Assembly (NCBI GenBank): GCA_022014175.1
Contig: JAKLLR010000002.1
Span: 1-50,795 of the forward strand
Length of the DNA: 50,795 nucleotides
Origin: Gammaproteobacteria bacterium
Lineage (GTDB): Bacteria > Pseudomonadota > Gammaproteobacteria > Immundisolibacterales > JAKLLR01
Reading direction: 5' to 3'
Of the stretch, positions 48,067 through 50,795 are shown piece by piece; the first letter of the stretch is position 1, and the number at the start of each line of letters is the position of its first letter. The translations under genes and the position numbers were made by a program. The notes beneath the pieces are model-generated. The model was not told the origin of the DNA. It did no database searches and saw only the letters and a list, made by a program, of their open reading frames with translations.

Positions 48067-48175
48067 CCCCTACCTTGAATTTAGATCCGAAGGCATTCCC
48101 GCAGAGTGCCATTTCAGTCCGGTTGGTGGTGAAAAGCGCAAAGGACGAAACTAATAGTCTAGTGGAGATGAACAG

Positions 48176-49372
48176 ATGTCCAAGGTTGTAATTATTGGTG
48201 CCGGTGGTGTCGGCGGCGTGGTCACCCACAAATGTGCCCAGTTGCCGGAGGTGTTCAGCGACATCCTGCTGGCCAGTCGCACCGAGAGCAAATGCAGGGC
48301 CATCGCCGCCCAGCTGGCGCGGCCAATTCGAACCGCCCGGGTCGATGCCGACAATGTGCCGGAACTCACCGCGTTACTGCGTCGTGAACAGCCAGCGCTG
48401 GTCATCAACGTGGCGCTGCCCTATCAGGATCTGACCATCATGGATGCCTGCCTGGCCGCTGGCGTTAACTACCTGGATACCGCCAATTACGAGCCCCGCG
48501 ACACTGCCAAATTTGAATATCACTGGCAGTGGGCTTACCAGGAGCGGTTTCAGCAGGCCGGGCTGATGGCACTGCTTGGCTCCGGGTTTGATCCCGGTGC
48601 CACCAACATGTTTACCGCCTATATCGCCAAACACTATTTCGACGAGATTCACACCCTCGACATCATCGACGTCAACGGTGGCGACCACGGCTATCCTTTT
48701 GCGACCAACTTCAACCCCGAGATCAATATTCGGGAAGTCACCGCCGACTGCCGCCACTGGCAGGATGGCCAGTTCGTCACCACCCCGGCCATGTCCACCC
48801 GCCAGCAATTTACCTGCCCGGAAGGGGTGGGCGAGTTCAGCATCTACCGCATGTATCACGAAGAGCTCGAATCCCTCACCAAGCACTACCCGAGCCTCAA
48901 GCGGGCCCAGTTCTGGATGAGTTTTTCCGACAACTACCTCAAGCACCTGGAGGTGCTCGGCAACGTCGGCATGACCGGCATTGCGCCGGTCGAGTTCCAG
49001 GGCCAGCAGATCATCCCCATTGAGTTCCTCAAACAGCTATTGCCAGACCCGGCCTCCCTGGGGCCGCGCACCCAGGGTCGCACCTGCATCGGTTGCGTGG
49101 TCAGCGGCATCAAGGATGGCCGCCAGAAAACCGTTTATCTCTACAACATCTGCGACCACCAGGCCTGCTACCAGGAGGTGCAGTCCCAGGCCATCTCCTA
49201 CACCACCGGCGTGCCGGCGATGATTGGCGCGAAGATGATGCTCGAAGGCACCTGGCAACAGCCCGGCGTGTGGAACATGGAGCAGCTCGATCCCGATCCC
49301 TTCATGGCCGACATGAACCGTTACGGCCTGCCCTGGAGCCTGATCGAAGAGCCCGGTTTCGACCTGCTGTAA
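48176..49372 (+). CDS. Carboxynorspermidine/carboxyspermidine dehydrogenase (saccharopine dehydrogenase family)
   Basis: MSKVVIIGAGGVGGVV Rossmann N-terminus, about 400 aa, FDPGATNMF motif, adjacent to the decarboxylase gene. Confidence 0.9.
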   Translation: MSKVVIIGAGGVGGVVTHKCAQLPEVFSDILLASRTESKCRAIAAQLARPIRTARVDADNVPELTALLRREQPALVINVALPYQDLTIMDACLAAGVNYLDTANYEPRDTAKFEYHWQWAYQERFQQAGLMALLGSGFDPGATNMFTAYIAKHYFDEIHTLDIIDVNGGDHGYPFATNFNPEINIREVTADCRHWQDGQFVTTPAMSTRQQFTCPEGVGEFSIYRMYHEELESLTKHYPSLKRAQFWMSFSDNYLKHLEVLGNVGMTGIAPVEFQGQQIIPIEFLKQLLPDPASLGPRTQGRTCIGCVVSGIKDGRQKTVYLYNICDHQACYQEVQSQAISYTTGVPAMIGAKMMLEGTWQQPGVWNMEQLDPDPFMADMNRYGLPWSLIEEPGFDLL

Positions 49373-49390
49373 CCGGCCAGCGCCGCTGCC

Positions 49391-50590
49391 ATGATCGCCA
49401 GCCAGACCTTCAAAAAATTCGATCCCAGCCGGGTGCCGTCACCCTGTTTTGTTATCGACGAGGTGGCCCTGACCCACAATCTGCAACAGTTGCAGTCAGT
49501 GGCGAGGGCATCCGGTGCCAAACTGCTGCTGGCGCTCAAGGCATTCGCACTGCCCGCCGCCGCGCCGCTGGTCAGACACTATTTAAGCGGCGTCTGCGCC
49601 AGCGGCCTGCACGAGGCGCGCCTGGGTCGCGAGGTTTTTGGCGGAGCCGTGCACACCTGTGCGCCCGCCTACCGGGCCGCCGACCTGCCGGAGCTGCTGA
49701 AATTATCCGACCATCTGGTGTTTAACTCCCTCAGCCAGTGGCAGCGCTTTAAAGGGGTTTGTATCGACGCCCGGCAACAGCGACCCCAGCTGCGGTTTGG
49801 CCTGCGGGTTAATCCCGGTCATTCTGAGGTGGAAACCCCGCTTTACGATCCCTGTGCCCCGGGTTCCCGGCTGGGTATACCGGCGGCCGAGTTCACCCCA
49901 GCGCTGCTCGCCGGCACCGATTTAGACGGCATCACCGGCCTGCATTTTCACACCCTGTGTGAGCAGGGGTTCGCGCCGCTAGCGCGCACGCTAAAGGCGT
50001 TCGAGGAGCAATTCGGCGAGCTGCTGCCCCGGCTGGAGTGGGTTAATTTTGGAGGTGGTCACCACATCACCCAGCCAGATTATGACCGTCAGGGGTTAAT
50101 CGACTGTCTGCGGGATTTTCAGCAGCGCTACGGTGTGCAGGTCTACCTTGAACCCGGCGAGGCCATCGCCATTCACACCGGTGTGCTGGTGACCGAAGTG
50201 CTCGACCAGGTTCGCAATCAGCTCGACATTGCCCTGCTCGACAGCTCCGCCACCTGCCACATGCCCGACACCCTGGAGATGCCCTACCGTGCCGGGCTCT
50301 TCAGCGCCGGTGGGGTAGAGGCGGGCGCGGCCAACGAGCTGCCCCACACCTATCGGCTGGGCGGTCCCAGCTGCCTGGCGGGCGATGTGATGGGCGATTA
50401 CAGCTTTGCCCAGCCCCTGCAAATCGGCCAGCGGTTAATGTTCGACGATATGGCTCACTACACCATGGTCAAAACCACCACCTTCAACGGCGTGCCCCTG
50501 CCGTCCATCGCCCTGTGGAACTCCACCACCGACGCCCTCACTCTGGTGCGGGAATTCGGCTACGCCGATTTTCGCGACCGGCTGGGTTAG
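49391..50590 (+). CDS. nspC: Carboxynorspermidine/carboxyspermidine decarboxylase
   Basis: Fold-III PLP decarboxylase pattern (PCFVIDE, LLLALKAF, FGGGHH, CLAGD). 399 aa, follows the dehydrogenase gene. Confidence 0.9.
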   Translation: MIASQTFKKFDPSRVPSPCFVIDEVALTHNLQQLQSVARASGAKLLLALKAFALPAAAPLVRHYLSGVCASGLHEARLGREVFGGAVHTCAPAYRAADLPELLKLSDHLVFNSLSQWQRFKGVCIDARQQRPQLRFGLRVNPGHSEVETPLYDPCAPGSRLGIPAAEFTPALLAGTDLDGITGLHFHTLCEQGFAPLARTLKAFEEQFGELLPRLEWVNFGGGHHITQPDYDRQGLIDCLRDFQQRYGVQVYLEPGEAIAIHTGVLVTEVLDQVRNQLDIALLDSSATCHMPDTLEMPYRAGLFSAGGVEAGAANELPHTYRLGGPSCLAGDVMGDYSFAQPLQIGQRLMFDDMAHYTMVKTTTFNGVPLPSIALWNSTTDALTLVREFGYADFRDRLG

Positions 50591-50633
50591 CAGAGCGATT
50601 GATGCCGCCGCCGATCTCCCGGAATTGCTACCC

Positions 50634-50795
50634 ATGACCGACTCCCCAACTCCCAACCAGCTCGCCGCCCCCGGTTATCCGCAGTTTCTCGGCTCAGAGC
50701 TCACCCAGCCAGACCCGGCCGCCGCTCGTTTTCACCTGCTGCCCGTGCCCTACGAAAAATCCGTCAGCTACGGCGCCGGTACCGCCGCCGGTCCC
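50634..50795 (+). CDS. speB: Ureohydrolase (agmatinase-like), N-terminal fragment running off the window
   Basis: ATG at 50634, open to the window end (54 codons). LLPVPYEKSVSYGAGTAAGP resembles the first conserved block of arginase/agmatinase-family proteins. The polyamine context supports the call. Confidence 0.5.
   Translation, partial: MTDSPTPNQLAAPGYPQFLGSELTQPDPAAARFHLLPVPYEKSVSYGAGTAAGP

Noticed and set aside
1-50795. Scan for CRISPR arrays, insertion-sequence ends, integrase or transposase genes, prophage or defence-island genes, and rRNA/tRNA genes
   Set aside because: None was seen. Every large ORF has a housekeeping, metabolic, transport or signalling assignment, apart from the few hypotheticals listed above. 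This was a by-eye scan only, so short or degenerate elements could have been missed.

Overview
High-GC (roughly 60%) gammaproteobacterial chromosomal segment, densely coded on both strands. I found no rRNA, tRNA, CRISPR array, transposase, integrase or phage gene by eye. The left ~21 kb is a conserved housekeeping block in the Pseudomonas-type order: rarA-crcB, then on the minus strand der-bamB-yfgM-hisS-ispG-rodZ-pilW-rlmN-ndk-iscX-fdx-hscA-hscB-iscA-iscU-iscS-iscR-cysE-trmJ, then suhB and mutS-fdxA on the plus strand. Many of these genes are linked by ATGA or GTGA start/stop overlaps. The right ~30 kb is a mosaic of redox, transport, signalling and metabolic genes. Redox genes are cytochrome c', cytochrome b561, a flavodoxin-like protein, an orphan Rieske oxygenase and an LLM oxidoreductase. 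Transport genes are DASS, SulP, MscS and ZntB family members. Signalling is a PepSY protein plus a PhoP/PhoQ-like two-component pair. The remainder includes two enoyl-CoA hydratases, YgiD, a PHP phosphatase and alkaline phosphatase. The window ends with an alternative spermidine pathway cluster: speA, carboxy(nor)spermidine dehydrogenase, its decarboxylase, and the start of an agmatinase-like gene. Most of the window is ordinary core genome. The least explained locus, and my best candidate for something undescribed, is the translationally coupled minus-strand pair at 34531-36698. It pairs a small plasmid-type ParA ATPase with a 499-aa bitopic protein (long acidic disordered cytoplasmic region, one TM helix, Thr/Pro linker, C-terminal SPOR peptidoglycan-binding domain) in the position normally held by a ParB-type partner. 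That partner gene also contains two C8 homopolymer tracts, a perfect 11+11 bp palindrome and a 39-bp tandem duplication. These functional ideas are inference from sequence reading only; no searches were run. The many long antisense or out-of-frame ORFs in the track are treated as high-GC artefacts.
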